A stretch of 64,000 nucleotides of DNA from an uncultured Chlamydiae bacterium (GCA_963713615.1 CAVQMM010000001.1:3648001-3712000); one strand, 5' to 3'; shown: positions 9,987 through 20,007, counted from the first letter of the stretch. The notes: generated by a model not told the origin, from the sequence alone. Made by a program: numbers and translations.

Positions 9987-11792
9987 GTGAGTGTAAAACG
10001 AGCAAAAGCACAAGAGATCCATTTGCTCGGTGAGGGTATCTCACGCGGCATCGCTATTGGCCAGCCCTATTTCTTCTCTTATGGAGAAAGAGAGGTTCCA
10101 GACTATAGCATTGGCGATGCTGATCGTGAAGGTGAACTTGAGCGCTTTCACATAGCGATCGAAAGCAGCCGCGTTGAAATTGAGATTCTCAAGCTACAGC
10201 TAGAGGGTGAAGGGGCTAGTGATGCAGTAGGGATTCTCGATGCCCAGATTCTTTTCTTTTCTGATCCGACGATTCTTGAAGATATTTCCAAAGGTATTTT
10301 GGAAGATGGGCGTAATGCTGAAGCTGTTTTCAAGGCCGTATGGAAGCGCTATCATGATCAGTTTCAAAGCATCGCAGATCCCTTTTTTCGAGAGCGTTTT
10401 TCCGACCTACAAGATCTCTATAGACGAGTGCTTCGTCATATGCTTGGAGAGGAGGAAACCTCTCTTCTAAGCCTCCCTCATGGTGCAGTTGTTTTTGCGA
10501 TAGACTTTTCACCGTCTGATCTTGCCGGTGTTCAGGCTAGCAATATCGGTGGTTTTGTAGCTGAAAAAGGCGGTACCACCTCACATGCAGCCATTGTAGC
10601 CCGTGCCAAAGGGATTCCTTTTGTTGCCAACCTCGATATCAGCCGTATTGCCAATAGTCTTGAAGGGCCTGTGATCGTTGACGGCCGTACGGGAGTGGTT
10701 ATTCTCAATCCTAAGCCCGCTACACTAGAAAAATATCGCATCATGCAGCAACGCCTAGCCGGGATGTTAGACTCGCTGCGTGCCCAGTCAGCCTATGTTA
10801 CCGAAACGTTCGATGGCTATATGGTGCACTTGTCGGCAAATTTAGAAGATGCCCGCGATTTGCCACTCCTCAAAGAGCAAGGTAGTGTGGGCATCGGTCT
10901 ATATCGCTCAGAGTACCTATTTCTGTCTCAGAATGCATTTCCATCCGAAGATGAACAGTTCGAGGCCTATAAGGTCGTTTTGGATAGCATGCAGGGATCA
11001 CCCGTGGTCATCAGGGCATTCGATGTAGGTGGCGATAAGCATGCCGTGGAGCAGGTAGTTCGTCGTGAGCTAAATCCCTATCTGGGCTGTCGCGCTATTC
11101 GGTTTTTGCTGCATAGGCCAGAGATATTTCGTACTCAGGTGCGTGCTGTCCTGCGTGCTAGTGCCTATGGAGAAGTTAGTTTGCTCTTTCCTATGGTATC
11201 GAGCTTGCAGGAACTCCGAGAGGTCAAAAATATCATCGAAGAGGTCAAACATAGCCTCTTGGAACAAGGCCATAAGGTTGCGCCTCGCTTGCGAGTAGGC
11301 AGCATGATTGAAGTGCCATCCGCTGCACTAATCGCAGATCTTTTGGCTGCAGAATGCGATTTTCTCTCTATAGGTACCAACGATCTCGTCCAGTATGCCC
11401 TCGCAGTCGACCGCAGCAATGACGCTATGAGTGGTCACTATACTCCCACTCATCCTGGTGTTTTGCGTTTGTTGAAATTTATTATCACTCAGGCTCACCG
11501 CAGGGGAGTCCCTGTGTCTCTATGTGGGGAGATGGCTGCCGATCCGCGTTTAACAGCCTTACTTATTGGGCTAGGATTGTATGAGTTATCAGTCGCTACC
11601 CGTCATATCCCCCTCATCAAAAACGTGATACGACGTACCAGTGTCATAGAGGCTCGGCATTTGGCTGAGCAGACGCTGGCGATGTCAGATTCGACGCAAA
11701 TCCTTCAACTTCTCTCGAGTGAATACCGACGCACGGTTCCCGAGGACGTTTTGTATAATCCCGAAGCCATATGGCATGGGGAGATGGCATAA
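9987..11792 (+). CDS. ptsI: PTS enzyme I (phosphoenolpyruvate-protein phosphotransferase)
   Basis: GGTTSHAAIVARA phospho-His motif, GIGLYRSEYLF, NPYLGCRAIR, DFLSIGTNDLVQY and CGEMA. Confidence 0.96.
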   Translation: MSVKRAKAQEIHLLGEGISRGIAIGQPYFFSYGEREVPDYSIGDADREGELERFHIAIESSRVEIEILKLQLEGEGASDAVGILDAQILFFSDPTILEDISKGILEDGRNAEAVFKAVWKRYHDQFQSIADPFFRERFSDLQDLYRRVLRHMLGEEETSLLSLPHGAVVFAIDFSPSDLAGVQASNIGGFVAEKGGTTSHAAIVARAKGIPFVANLDISRIANSLEGPVIVDGRTGVVILNPKPATLEKYRIMQQRLAGMLDSLRAQSAYVTETFDGYMVHLSANLEDARDLPLLKEQGSVGIGLYRSEYLFLSQNAFPSEDEQFEAYKVVLDSMQGSPVVIRAFDVGGDKHAVEQVVRRELNPYLGCRAIRFLLHRPEIFRTQVRAVLRASAYGEVSLLFPMVSSLQELREVKNIIEEVKHSLLEQGHKVAPRLRVGSMIEVPSAALIADLLAAECDFLSIGTNDLVQYALAVDRSNDAMSGHYTPTHPGVLRLLKFIITQAHRRGVPVSLCGEMAADPRLTALLIGLGLYELSVATRHIPLIKNVIRRTSVIEARHLAEQTLAMSDSTQILQLLSSEYRRTVPEDVLYNPEAIWHGEMA

Positions 11793-11819
11793 AACAATCG
11801 CTTTATACCACACTCGGTA

Positions 11820-11828
11820 TGTTATAAT
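11820..11828 (+). promoter_or_regulatory. Extended -10 promoter element (TGnTATAAT)
   Basis: TGTTATAAT lies ~15 bp upstream of ORF 11844. Confidence 0.45.
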
Positions 11829-11843
11829 GAAGAGTGAGGCGTT

Positions 11844-12581
11844 ATGCCAGCAAGGAGGTTAACCATGCGGGCCTATCGATATGAAGAAAACCAGGCGGAA
11901 GCGTGGCTGCATGCTGCCCGAGACAAGGTCATCGACGGTGTAGAACGTTTGACCGAGAAGGAAGGGCTTAGCCGTTGGCAATATTTTTGGTTAGTCATTT
12001 CGGTTAAAGCGCGCTGTTTGGGCGCAGTCATTATAGCGATAGGAGCTGGCCTTCTATCTTCTGTGCGTGTTCTTTGGCTTGCCTTGGCTAGTCACCTCAT
12101 TCGGAGAGCAACCCCTCTGCAGCTCGAAGAAGCTTGGGCAGATGCTCAGGAGTCTGTTGATCTAATCCTGACGGCTTTTAGCGCTCTCTTAGACTCTGAA
12201 GCGGTTCTTTCAGCATCCGACCGTGGAAATATTCGCCGAATCTATATGTTGGGACGTAAGCTACAGGATATTGGAAACGACCCAAAGCTTAATCCTGAGA
12301 CACGCAAGGAACTCGATGCGTGGTACAGAAGTGCCAAGGTTTTCGTCCGCAAAGGCGGTGGAGAGGCTCGCACCGAGATGACTATATTGGCTGAGGCTAT
12401 AGACCAGATAAAAAACACGCCGGAGATTCTGCCCGAGAAGCTTTTAAGCTATCGGTGGGACAAAAAGGTTACAGGTTCGGTAGAGGTTGAGAAAATTCGT
12501 GGAATCCGTTGGAAAAATGCAGCAGTACCTGTCGGAGGCGAGGATCTCACCAAGCGTACATGGACGAAGAAGAGTAGCTAG
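11844..12581 (+). CDS. Hypothetical protein with a long hydrophobic segment (start may be 11865 after AGGAGG)
   Basis: 245-aa ORF; hydrophobic stretch YFWLVISVKARCLGAVIIAIGAGLLSSVRVLWLALAS. Confidence 0.6.
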   Translation: MPARRLTMRAYRYEENQAEAWLHAARDKVIDGVERLTEKEGLSRWQYFWLVISVKARCLGAVIIAIGAGLLSSVRVLWLALASHLIRRATPLQLEEAWADAQESVDLILTAFSALLDSEAVLSASDRGNIRRIYMLGRKLQDIGNDPKLNPETRKELDAWYRSAKVFVRKGGGEARTEMTILAEAIDQIKNTPEILPEKLLSYRWDKKVTGSVEVEKIRGIRWKNAAVPVGGEDLTKRTWTKKSS

Positions 12582-12600
12582 GCGTTAGCGCTTTGCTGGC

Positions 12601-12684
12601 TGGACAAAAGGACCAAAGGGATATAAAAGACATAAAGGACTTGTAGTAAGCCTCTGGAGTCCTTTACGTCTTTTATATCCCTTT
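12601..12684. repeat. GGACNAAAG-type imperfect hairpin repeat, interrupted by the adjacent TIR element
   Basis: GGACAAAAGGACCAAAGGGATATAAAAGACATAAAGGAC...GTCCTTTACGTCTTTTATATCCCTTT; the rest of the arm (CTTTTGTCC) follows at 13227. Homologous to 37357-37453. Confidence 0.7.
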
Positions 12685-13226
12685 GAGGTAATTGCAGAAG
12701 TCCGATTTTCCGAAGTCAAATTTCCTGAAAATCGGATGCCGGTGAAGAGAGAGTCATTCCCTTCCCAGGCCCGAAGGGTCGATATTGCAACAGGCCATGG
12801 CATCGCCACATAGGCCTCAACCTAACAGGTCTTTTGAGCTTATATCTCAATGACTTAGGACTTCACAATCGTATCTCGGCGCACAGCGCTTTGGAGTGCG
12901 GTCGCTTGCGACCGCTTTTCGTTCCTTGGGACGGCAATGCTAAACGGCATTGTATGGATTCGTCGAAGGCTGCATGTACTAACTATTTTACCCTTAGGGA
13001 ATTATAGTGATGCCGTTGCACACGACCGTCGCAAGGAACCCAAAGCGGTCGCAAGCGACCGCACTCCAAAGCGCTGCGCGCCGAGATACGATTGTTAGGC
13101 TTAGGTTGAGGCCTATGTGGCGATGCCATGGCCTTAAGCTCTCCAGAATCGCCTTCTCACAAAAAAAAGTGATTTTTTTTTCAAAGAGTCGATCCATGAG
13201 AGCCCAAATACTTCTGCAATTACCTC
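12685..13226. mobile_element. GAGGTAATT-TIR composite element, copy 2, with nested elements
   Basis: Perfect 17-bp TIRs with CTTT directly repeated on both sides. Contains the nested IR CCATGGCATCGCCACATAGGCCTCAACCTAA/TTAGGTTGAGGCCTATGTGGCGATGCCATGG and an inner REP-like pair. Confidence 0.88.
12865..13095. repeat. REP/REPIN-like inverted doublet (GGAGTGCGGTCGCTTGCGACCGCTTT)
   Basis: ACAATCGTATCTCGGCGC...GCGCCGAGATACGATTGT arms, each carrying a GGAG-footed palindrome; second copy at 40181-40417. Confidence 0.85.
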
Positions 13227-13250
13227 CTTTTGTCCCATCCTCCTTCTTCC

Positions 13251-13568
13251 CTAGAACCCTAGACTGCTAAGATCGGGAAGACCACTCATCCCGCCTAGAT
13301 TAGGCATAGAATTTTGTTGAACCTGCTTGGCAGCGTCTTTAAATGCTGCAGTGACGAGCAATTCAAGGCCTTCGACATCATCGGGGTCTACGCATTCGGG
13401 CTTAATGCTAATTTTCTTTATGTCGAAATCCCCACTAATCGTTATGGAAACAAGTCCGTTTCCCGCTGTACCGGTGTAGGTGGTATTTGACATTTGTTCT
13501 TGCGCCTGCATGAGCTGACTTTGCAGTGCTTTGGCCTGTTTCTTTTTCTTTGCGAATCCACTACCCAT
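13251..13568 (-). CDS. ybaB: YbaB/EbfC nucleoid-associated protein
   Basis: GTAGNGLVSITISG...VDPDDVEGLELLV; directly downstream of dnaX. Confidence 0.92.
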   Translation of the reverse strand: MGSGFAKKKKQAKALQSQLMQAQEQMSNTTYTGTAGNGLVSITISGDFDIKKISIKPECVDPDDVEGLELLVTAAFKDAAKQVQQNSMPNLGGMSGLPDLSSLGF

Positions 13569-13570
13569 GG

Positions 13571-15058
13571 TTATCCTCTTAAAGGCTTTTTCTGAAGTGT
13601 ACCGCCCATTTCCACCGCGGCAAAGTGGACAACAGTATCATAACGGCTTTGTTGTTTAATGAGATGCATGACATTTTGCGGCTGCTGAGCAACCGGAGCA
13701 GACTCTGGTACCGGTGTCGGCACTGTCGCGGTTTTTGATACTCGCGGCAATTCTTGTGGCTTTGGCGTGGGGTCTTCGTTGATACTCCCCATGTCTTTTA
13801 CAGGAACCTTGACTACTTCCTTAACAGGCATTGCCACAGGGGCTGAAGGAGCTTTAGGGGCTACTTGTGCCACTGGTGGTGGACCTGCTTGAGCTTGCAC
13901 TGGAGTGCCCAGCCTTTTCTCCAGTTCAACGAGTTGTTTGACCAAATAGTCGACCGGAAGACGCTGATGACTTCGCATGATATGCAGGACTATCGTCTCT
14001 AGCGCAATGCGGCTGGAGGGCGTAAAACGAATCTGATTTTGCGCTTCGATCAAGTAATCGAGGACATGCATACATTGCTCTTTGCGGTACAATTGCGCTG
14101 AAATCTCATAGCGGTCTCGATCAGCAGACGAGACTTTTAGCAGCGGAGAGCCTTTACCCGACAGCTTGACAACTAAAATATTGCGAAAGTGTTCCGTAAG
14201 CCCCTCGACAAAATAAAGAAGGTCTTTGCCCTGGGCAAATACTTGATCTACGATCTCAAAGGCTTGTGCTAGCTCACCTGCTTTACCGGCTTGGTCAATC
14301 TGAAAGTAGACATCACGTGGCATGATGCCTAGCACCATCGCAATCGCCTCAGCAGTAATTTCCCCTTCATGAAAGGCGAGGATTTGATCGAACAGGGATT
14401 CAGCATCGCGCATCCCACCATCAGCCATCGCTGCAATCAAGCGCAAAGCATCTTCATGCACATTGACGCTTAAATCATTAGCGATTTTCTGCAGCGTTTT
14501 GATGATGTTATCGCTAGAGATACGGTTCAGGTTAAAACGCTGGCAACGACTAAGGATCGTTGGCAGGACCTTATGCGGCTCGGTGGTAGCAAAGAAGAAC
14601 TTCACCTTAGGAGGGGGCTCTTCAAGTGTCTTTAACAACGCATTGAAAGCCTCTTTAGTGAGCATGTGCACTTCATCGATGATGTAGATTTTGTAGCGCC
14701 CTGAGGCTGCGGAATAGCCCACTGTTTCGGTGATCTTGCGTACATCTTCGATACCTCGATTGGATGCTCCATCAATCTCAAGGATGTCTAATGAGTTGCC
14801 AGAAGTGATTTCTTTGCAGGAGGAACATTGATTACAAGGCTCTAATTCAGCCGTTGGAGATTCACAGTTTAGTGCCTTTGCAAACAGACGCGCTAAAGTC
14901 GTCTTACCGGTTCCACGAGACCCACAGAAGAGAAAGGCATGAGCTACGCGATCTAACCGGATCATGTTTTTTAACGTCGTGACGATGGCATCTTGGCCAA
15001 CAACTTCACTAAAGCGTTGAGGGCGGTATTTGCGAGCGAGGACTTGATATTCCGACAT
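13571..15058 (-). CDS. dnaX: DNA polymerase III subunit gamma/tau
   Basis: YQVLARKYRPQRF, GSRGTGKTT, zinc-binding cysteines, IIDEVHML, NALLKTLEEPP and SRCQ. Confidence 0.97.
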   Translation of the reverse strand: MSEYQVLARKYRPQRFSEVVGQDAIVTTLKNMIRLDRVAHAFLFCGSRGTGKTTLARLFAKALNCESPTAELEPCNQCSSCKEITSGNSLDILEIDGASNRGIEDVRKITETVGYSAASGRYKIYIIDEVHMLTKEAFNALLKTLEEPPPKVKFFFATTEPHKVLPTILSRCQRFNLNRISSDNIIKTLQKIANDLSVNVHEDALRLIAAMADGGMRDAESLFDQILAFHEGEITAEAIAMVLGIMPRDVYFQIDQAGKAGELAQAFEIVDQVFAQGKDLLYFVEGLTEHFRNILVVKLSGKGSPLLKVSSADRDRYEISAQLYRKEQCMHVLDYLIEAQNQIRFTPSSRIALETIVLHIMRSHQRLPVDYLVKQLVELEKRLGTPVQAQAGPPPVAQVAPKAPSAPVAMPVKEVVKVPVKDMGSINEDPTPKPQELPRVSKTATVPTPVPESAPVAQQPQNVMHLIKQQSRYDTVVHFAAVEMGGTLQKKPLRG

Positions 15059-15194
15059 AACCAATCATGTTGTTGAATGATAAGGACAAGTCTACCTTCG
15101 CTAGAGAAAAAAGTAAAGACAGGGTGAGGCAGCCAGGGTGAGCTGGACATTTCCGAGCCCGAGCCCATATGCGTTAAGCTAAGAGAATTAGGAA

Positions 15195-15420
15195 TTTTCA
15201 CCGCCGAGGCGCATAGAAGCTCGTGGGGCTTTTTTAGGATTTTTACCGCCGAGACGCCGAGATAAGAGAGAGAGGATTAGGAGAGAATGTGCCGTTTGTG
15301 TGTCCTTGGGCAAAATTCTGCCCAAGGGCCTCTTGAGGGGTTAGCGTTTTGGTAAAGCCCTTAGACAGCATTTTGCCCAAGGACACACACAAACGGGACA
15401 GGTGCTCAATCTAACTTTCT
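15195..15420. repeat. Intergenic composite repeat (CCGTTTGTG...CACAAACGG hairpin plus a TTTTACCGCCGAGACGCCGAG motif)
   Basis: Hairpin CCGTTTGTGTGTCCTTGGGCAAAAT/ATTTTGCCCAAGGACACACACAAACGG followed by CAGGTGCTCAATCTAACTTT. Homologous in reverse to 55817-55995. Confidence 0.75.
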
Positions 15421-15770
15421 TTTCTGATCTTCTCTTGTTGTCTTTCCCAGTAACTTCTTAGTTTTAACTTATATTTTCTATTATTTTGCATGTATTATTG
15501 CAAAACTGTTTACTTTGATATATAGTTAGAAACTTTGATAGGCGTGAGCTATATCGCGCGTGGTATAGGTGGTTTGGATTGCGGGTAAAACCCGGTACCA
15601 AACACTGCTTTGCAAAAATAGGCTTTGGCTTTTATGATGAGATATTTATGGAAGAGCCAGCCGACGGCATACTTGTCGTAAACCCTGAAGCCTACTATGA
15701 TAGACGCTACTTTATGTTTGCTCGTTTCATTTAATGTTCATGGGAGCTTTCGGCTCGGAGGGTTATCGGG

Positions 15771-17942
15771 GTGCAAGATATTGCAGTGCGCAAGGACGAT
15801 CCCATGATAGCTAAGCCCAGTTTAGAGGACGCCACAAATCTAACGACATCGCCGGACCAGGCATTTTTTGAGAAGAGTCTAGGCATTCGCATTCTGCTCG
15901 GCTTGGGGTTTGCTGCTGCACTATTTTTGTTCATACATTTTCGAGAAGTCAATGTAGATACGCTAGAAATCAACACGATTGCGCAGCGTTATGTTGTGGC
16001 GCAGATTGATTTTGATTTTTTTGATGAAGAGGCCACCATCATTCTGCGCCAAGAGGCCAGTCGCGACATCGGAAAGATCTATCAGCTAGATGAAAATGCT
16101 GTTCATCAGCGTCGCGCCGAATTTGAGAAGTTTCTTCTTGCAGACCAGCAATGGCGAGAAAGGATCCCAGACAGCACACTAGAAGAGATGTACCGTGCAG
16201 TAGATTTGCTGGAAAGAAGCTTGCTGTCGCAGCGGTTTACGGATCCTCGCACACTGATGCGCATGGATGACGTTGGCCTGACTACCCAAGGATATCAGAT
16301 CTTTACCCCAGGGGAGCTTAACCAACCCGTCAAGCTCCCGGGGCCAATTTGGAATTATATTCAAGCCCACACTTTTGCTAACGAGGATCTCCCTAAGGGC
16401 ACCATAGCCTTTATCGTGGATTACTTTAAAAATTATCCTTGGAAAATTGTCGAGGATGTCACGCCCCAAAGGAATCTGAGAAAGCGTCTCCAAGCGCGTG
16501 TTCCGGACAAATATACGCATGTAGGAGCAGGCAGCAGGATTATTGACCAAGGCGAGAAGGTCACTGCTCGGCATATTGCTATGCTACAGGCTATGAAAAA
16601 TGCCCTTAGTGATAGTCGCAATCTATGGCATCCCGCTACTTTGACTGGCAGTGCCCTTTTAGCGCTAATATTGACTGGCATTTGTGGAGCCTTCCTGTCC
16701 GTTACCCAGCCAGCGGTGATGAAATCCAATCGGCAATTATTTTTACTCATCACTGTGCTGTTGCTGACTCTAGCTCTTTCGAAGGTTGTAGAGTTCTTTC
16801 TTTTAACGACTTCAGGAAATCTCACAGAAGCGGTCAAATATCCACTCATGGTTCCCTTTGCGGCTATTCTGTTAGCCAGCTTGATGAATTTTAATATTGC
16901 GGCCTTTGGGGCTGTCTTTTTGTCGATCGTTTTAGCGATCATGCTCCCGTTTGGCAAGCAGGGTTTTATGCTTACAAACTTAGCCGTAGCCTTAGTAGCG
17001 ATCCTTAGTAGCCGCAGTCTCAAAAAACGTAAGGAAATCTTTGTTGTCTGTGCTAAAGCCTGGCTTTGCTGCATCCTGATGATCCTAGCCTTTCACCTGA
17101 CAAACCGTATTTATAGCGATGCTACCATGGCCACCGACGTCCTTAGCACCGGTCTGTTTATGGGTGTCACAGCCGTTTTGGTGGTGGGCCTCCTGCCTCT
17201 GCTAGAGTCGGGTTTTAACATCATGACCAATGTCACGCTTATGGAATACATGGATCCCAGCCATCCCTTGCTGCAGCGGATGACTATTGAGGCTCCAGGT
17301 ACATATCAGCATAGCCTTGTTGTAGGCAATCTGGCCGAAGGGGCCGCAGCGGCCATCGGGGCCAACGGATTGTTCTGTCGCGTGGCGACGCTCTTTCATG
17401 ATGTCGGTAAGCTGGCTACAGCGCAGTATTTCACAGAGAATCAGCAGGGCGGTGTGAATATGCACCAACTTCTAACCCCGCTAGAATCGGCTCACGTGAT
17501 TATGGCGCATGTCACAGAAGGTGTTACATTGGCGCGACGAGCAGGTTTGCCCGAGAAATTCATCGACATTATCAAAGAGCACCACGGCACTACCTTAGTC
17601 TACTATTTCTACCGCAAGCAGCTTGAGTCCATGAGTAACGATGCTACGCAGGTTGAAGAGAAGGACTTTCGCTATCCAGGGCCTAAGCCTCAAACCAAAG
17701 AGTCAGCTATCATCATGATTGCGGATTCCTTTGAAGCAGCTTCGCGTTCCTTAGACCGAGTTGACGAAGCAAGCCTTAGTGAATTGATCAACCGTTTAAT
17801 TCGTGAGAAGTCTGAAGATGGTCAATTTGATGAATGTAATCTCACTTTTCAAGAACTCAATACGGTTAAGCGCAAGATGGTCAATGGTTTATTGGCTGCT
17901 GGTCATTCGCGCATTAAATACCCTGTGCGCCCCACAGCTTAA
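15771..17942 (+). CDS. 7TM-HD (HDIG) phosphohydrolase, PgpH-like
   Basis: Extracellular domain and 7 TM helices, then EAPGTYQHS, HDVGK, YFTENQ, EHHGT, FRYPGPKP and MIADSFEAASRS. Confidence 0.9.
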   Translation: MQDIAVRKDDPMIAKPSLEDATNLTTSPDQAFFEKSLGIRILLGLGFAAALFLFIHFREVNVDTLEINTIAQRYVVAQIDFDFFDEEATIILRQEASRDIGKIYQLDENAVHQRRAEFEKFLLADQQWRERIPDSTLEEMYRAVDLLERSLLSQRFTDPRTLMRMDDVGLTTQGYQIFTPGELNQPVKLPGPIWNYIQAHTFANEDLPKGTIAFIVDYFKNYPWKIVEDVTPQRNLRKRLQARVPDKYTHVGAGSRIIDQGEKVTARHIAMLQAMKNALSDSRNLWHPATLTGSALLALILTGICGAFLSVTQPAVMKSNRQLFLLITVLLLTLALSKVVEFFLLTTSGNLTEAVKYPLMVPFAAILLASLMNFNIAAFGAVFLSIVLAIMLPFGKQGFMLTNLAVALVAILSSRSLKKRKEIFVVCAKAWLCCILMILAFHLTNRIYSDATMATDVLSTGLFMGVTAVLVVGLLPLLESGFNIMTNVTLMEYMDPSHPLLQRMTIEAPGTYQHSLVVGNLAEGAAAAIGANGLFCRVATLFHDVGKLATAQYFTENQQGGVNMHQLLTPLESAHVIMAHVTEGVTLARRAGLPEKFIDIIKEHHGTTLVYYFYRKQLESMSNDATQVEEKDFRYPGPKPQTKESAIIMIADSFEAASRSLDRVDEASLSELINRLIREKSEDGQFDECNLTFQELNTVKRKMVNGLLAAGHSRIKYPVRPTA

Positions 17943-17960
17943 CCTTAGCCAGGAGGGCTA

Positions 17961-18797
17961 ATGCAATTTACGAAAGCAGTGATCACCGGAGCTAGTTCTG
18001 GGATTGGCGAAGCCCTAGCGAGGTTACTAGCTGACCAAGGGGTAGCTCTTATCATAACAGGCCGTGATACTCAGAGACTGGAAAGTCTAGCTGCTGAGCT
18101 ACAGCATAAAGTTCCTGTAACACCCTGGACGATTGACCTATTGAATTCCGATGACCTTGCCAAGCTGTTACGCATCATTCAAGAAGAGATCCCTGACTTA
18201 CTGATCAATAATGCTGGAGCCGGTCTTTACGGTGATGTGCTCACCTATCAAACGGCCGAGCAGCAGCAGATATTCGAGTTAAATGCCGCGATCCCTATGC
18301 AGCTGACTATTGAAGCTGCGCGAAGCCTGATCACCGTAGGCAAGAAGGGTGTCATTCTCAATGTCTCCTCGACAGCAGCCTATCAGCCTTTTCCCCAATT
18401 CGCTGTGTATGCCGCAGCTAAAGGATTTATTAGAGACTTTTCGGAGTCATTCGATTGTGAGGTATGCGACAAAGGTGTGCGGGTGCTGACATCCTGCCCT
18501 GGAGTTGTCGCTACACGTTTTCAGGAGCGCGCGGTGGTGGATCTTTCGGCCAAGCAGCAGCGCTACCTTGTATTGACACCGGAATTTGCTGCAAGGGACA
18601 TATGGCATCAGATTCAGAGTGGTCAGGCAGTACGCATATTTGATTGGAAGTACCGTTTATTAACATTTTTTGGTCAACACTTCACGCCTAAGGCAGTGGT
18701 GTTGTGGATTATTCGTACGTTTTTCGCGGGGCAATTGCCTCCGCGTAACTTCGTGAGAGCTCCTCAATTTCAGCAAAGGGACAAGGGGCAAACATGA
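17961..18797 (+). CDS. Short-chain dehydrogenase/reductase
   Basis: TGASSGIG, NNAG and YAAAK catalytic motif. Confidence 0.92.
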   Translation: MQFTKAVITGASSGIGEALARLLADQGVALIITGRDTQRLESLAAELQHKVPVTPWTIDLLNSDDLAKLLRIIQEEIPDLLINNAGAGLYGDVLTYQTAEQQQIFELNAAIPMQLTIEAARSLITVGKKGVILNVSSTAAYQPFPQFAVYAAAKGFIRDFSESFDCEVCDKGVRVLTSCPGVVATRFQERAVVDLSAKQQRYLVLTPEFAARDIWHQIQSGQAVRIFDWKYRLLTFFGQHFTPKAVVLWIIRTFFAGQLPPRNFVRAPQFQQRDKGQT

Positions 18798-19996
18798 CGC
18801 CTTCGTTCGAAGATCTTGGATTACAACCGACCATTTTAAAGGCTCTCGTAGAGATGGGCTTTAAGAGCCCTTCGCCGATACAGGCGAATACGATTCCTTT
18901 GATCATAGAAGGGCGTGATCTTATCGCATTGGCACAAACGGGTTCCGGTAAGACGGCAGCATGTGCCATTCCGGTATGCAACCGGGTAGATGTTTCTTTA
19001 CCGATTATTCAGACATTGATCGTAGTACCCACGCGCGAGCTCGCTCTGCAATATGCTACAGAAGTCCAAAAAATTGGCCGCTATCAGGATGTCAAAGCTT
19101 ATGCTCTCTTTGGCGGCGAAAATTATGACCTGCAGAAAGCTAAGCTACAGCATGGTGTACACGTATTGGTCGCTACACCCGGGCGTCTAATTGATTATGT
19201 CTATAATCGAGCCATTGACCTCACACAGGTGACAACGTTGATCCTGGATGAAGCCGATGAGATGCTTAGCATGGGATTCTATGATGACATTGAATTCATC
19301 ATGCAATGCCTGATCCATGATCATCAGACCCTATTGTTCTCGGCTACTATGCCCGTACAGATTAGGCAGATAGCTCAAAAGCATATGAAGGACCCTATCG
19401 AGGTGACACTGACCTCAGAGCAGCGTAGCCCTTCGTCTATCGTGCATCATTTTGCTTACTGTGAGATGCGTGATCGAGAACATACCTTAGAGCAGCTGTT
19501 AGCTCGTATACAGCCTAAGCAATCGATTGTTTTTTGTCGCTCACGGTCGCAGGTGGAGCAAGTTTGTCATGCGTTGAAGCGATCTGTTCAGGGTGTCGAT
19601 TATCTACATGCTGGCCTTAGTCAGGATATGCGTACTGCTATCACCAACAAGTTCCGTTCTGGCAGAGTGCGTCTTTTAGTAGCTACGGATGTCGCTGCGC
19701 GTGGGTTGGATTTTACTGGCGTTTCGCATGTATTCATTTACGAGCTATCGGACGATCCCGATATCTATATTCACCGTTCGGGCCGTACTGGACGCTTTGA
19801 GAAGGAAGGTATGGTAGTCTCTTTGGTGACTCCGCGCGAACTAGGATTACTGCGCCGAGTGTTAAGCCATATTAAGTGTGAGCCCATTTGGGAGGGGCCT
19901 CCTCCTCCTAATTTTGATCGTCATGGTACTACGGAAGCACCACGGCGTCATCGTCGGCCACCGCCGCATGGACGTCCCGCGCCGCGCCGTAGCTGA
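18794..19996 (+). CDS. DEAD-box RNA helicase
   Basis: AQTGSGKT, PTRELA, DEAD, SAT, ARGLD and HRSGRTGR. Confidence 0.95.
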   Translation: MTPSFEDLGLQPTILKALVEMGFKSPSPIQANTIPLIIEGRDLIALAQTGSGKTAACAIPVCNRVDVSLPIIQTLIVVPTRELALQYATEVQKIGRYQDVKAYALFGGENYDLQKAKLQHGVHVLVATPGRLIDYVYNRAIDLTQVTTLILDEADEMLSMGFYDDIEFIMQCLIHDHQTLLFSATMPVQIRQIAQKHMKDPIEVTLTSEQRSPSSIVHHFAYCEMRDREHTLEQLLARIQPKQSIVFCRSRSQVEQVCHALKRSVQGVDYLHAGLSQDMRTAITNKFRSGRVRLLVATDVAARGLDFTGVSHVFIYELSDDPDIYIHRSGRTGRFEKEGMVVSLVTPRELGLLRRVLSHIKCEPIWEGPPPPNFDRHGTTEAPRRHRRPPPHGRPAPRRS

Positions 19997-20007
19997 CACG
20001 ACTGCGC

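Noticed and set aside
15100..15200. SRP RNA (ffs) upstream of dnaX
   Set aside because: The position is typical, but I could not find the conserved domain IV motif (CAGG..GGAA..AGCAGC) on either strand.
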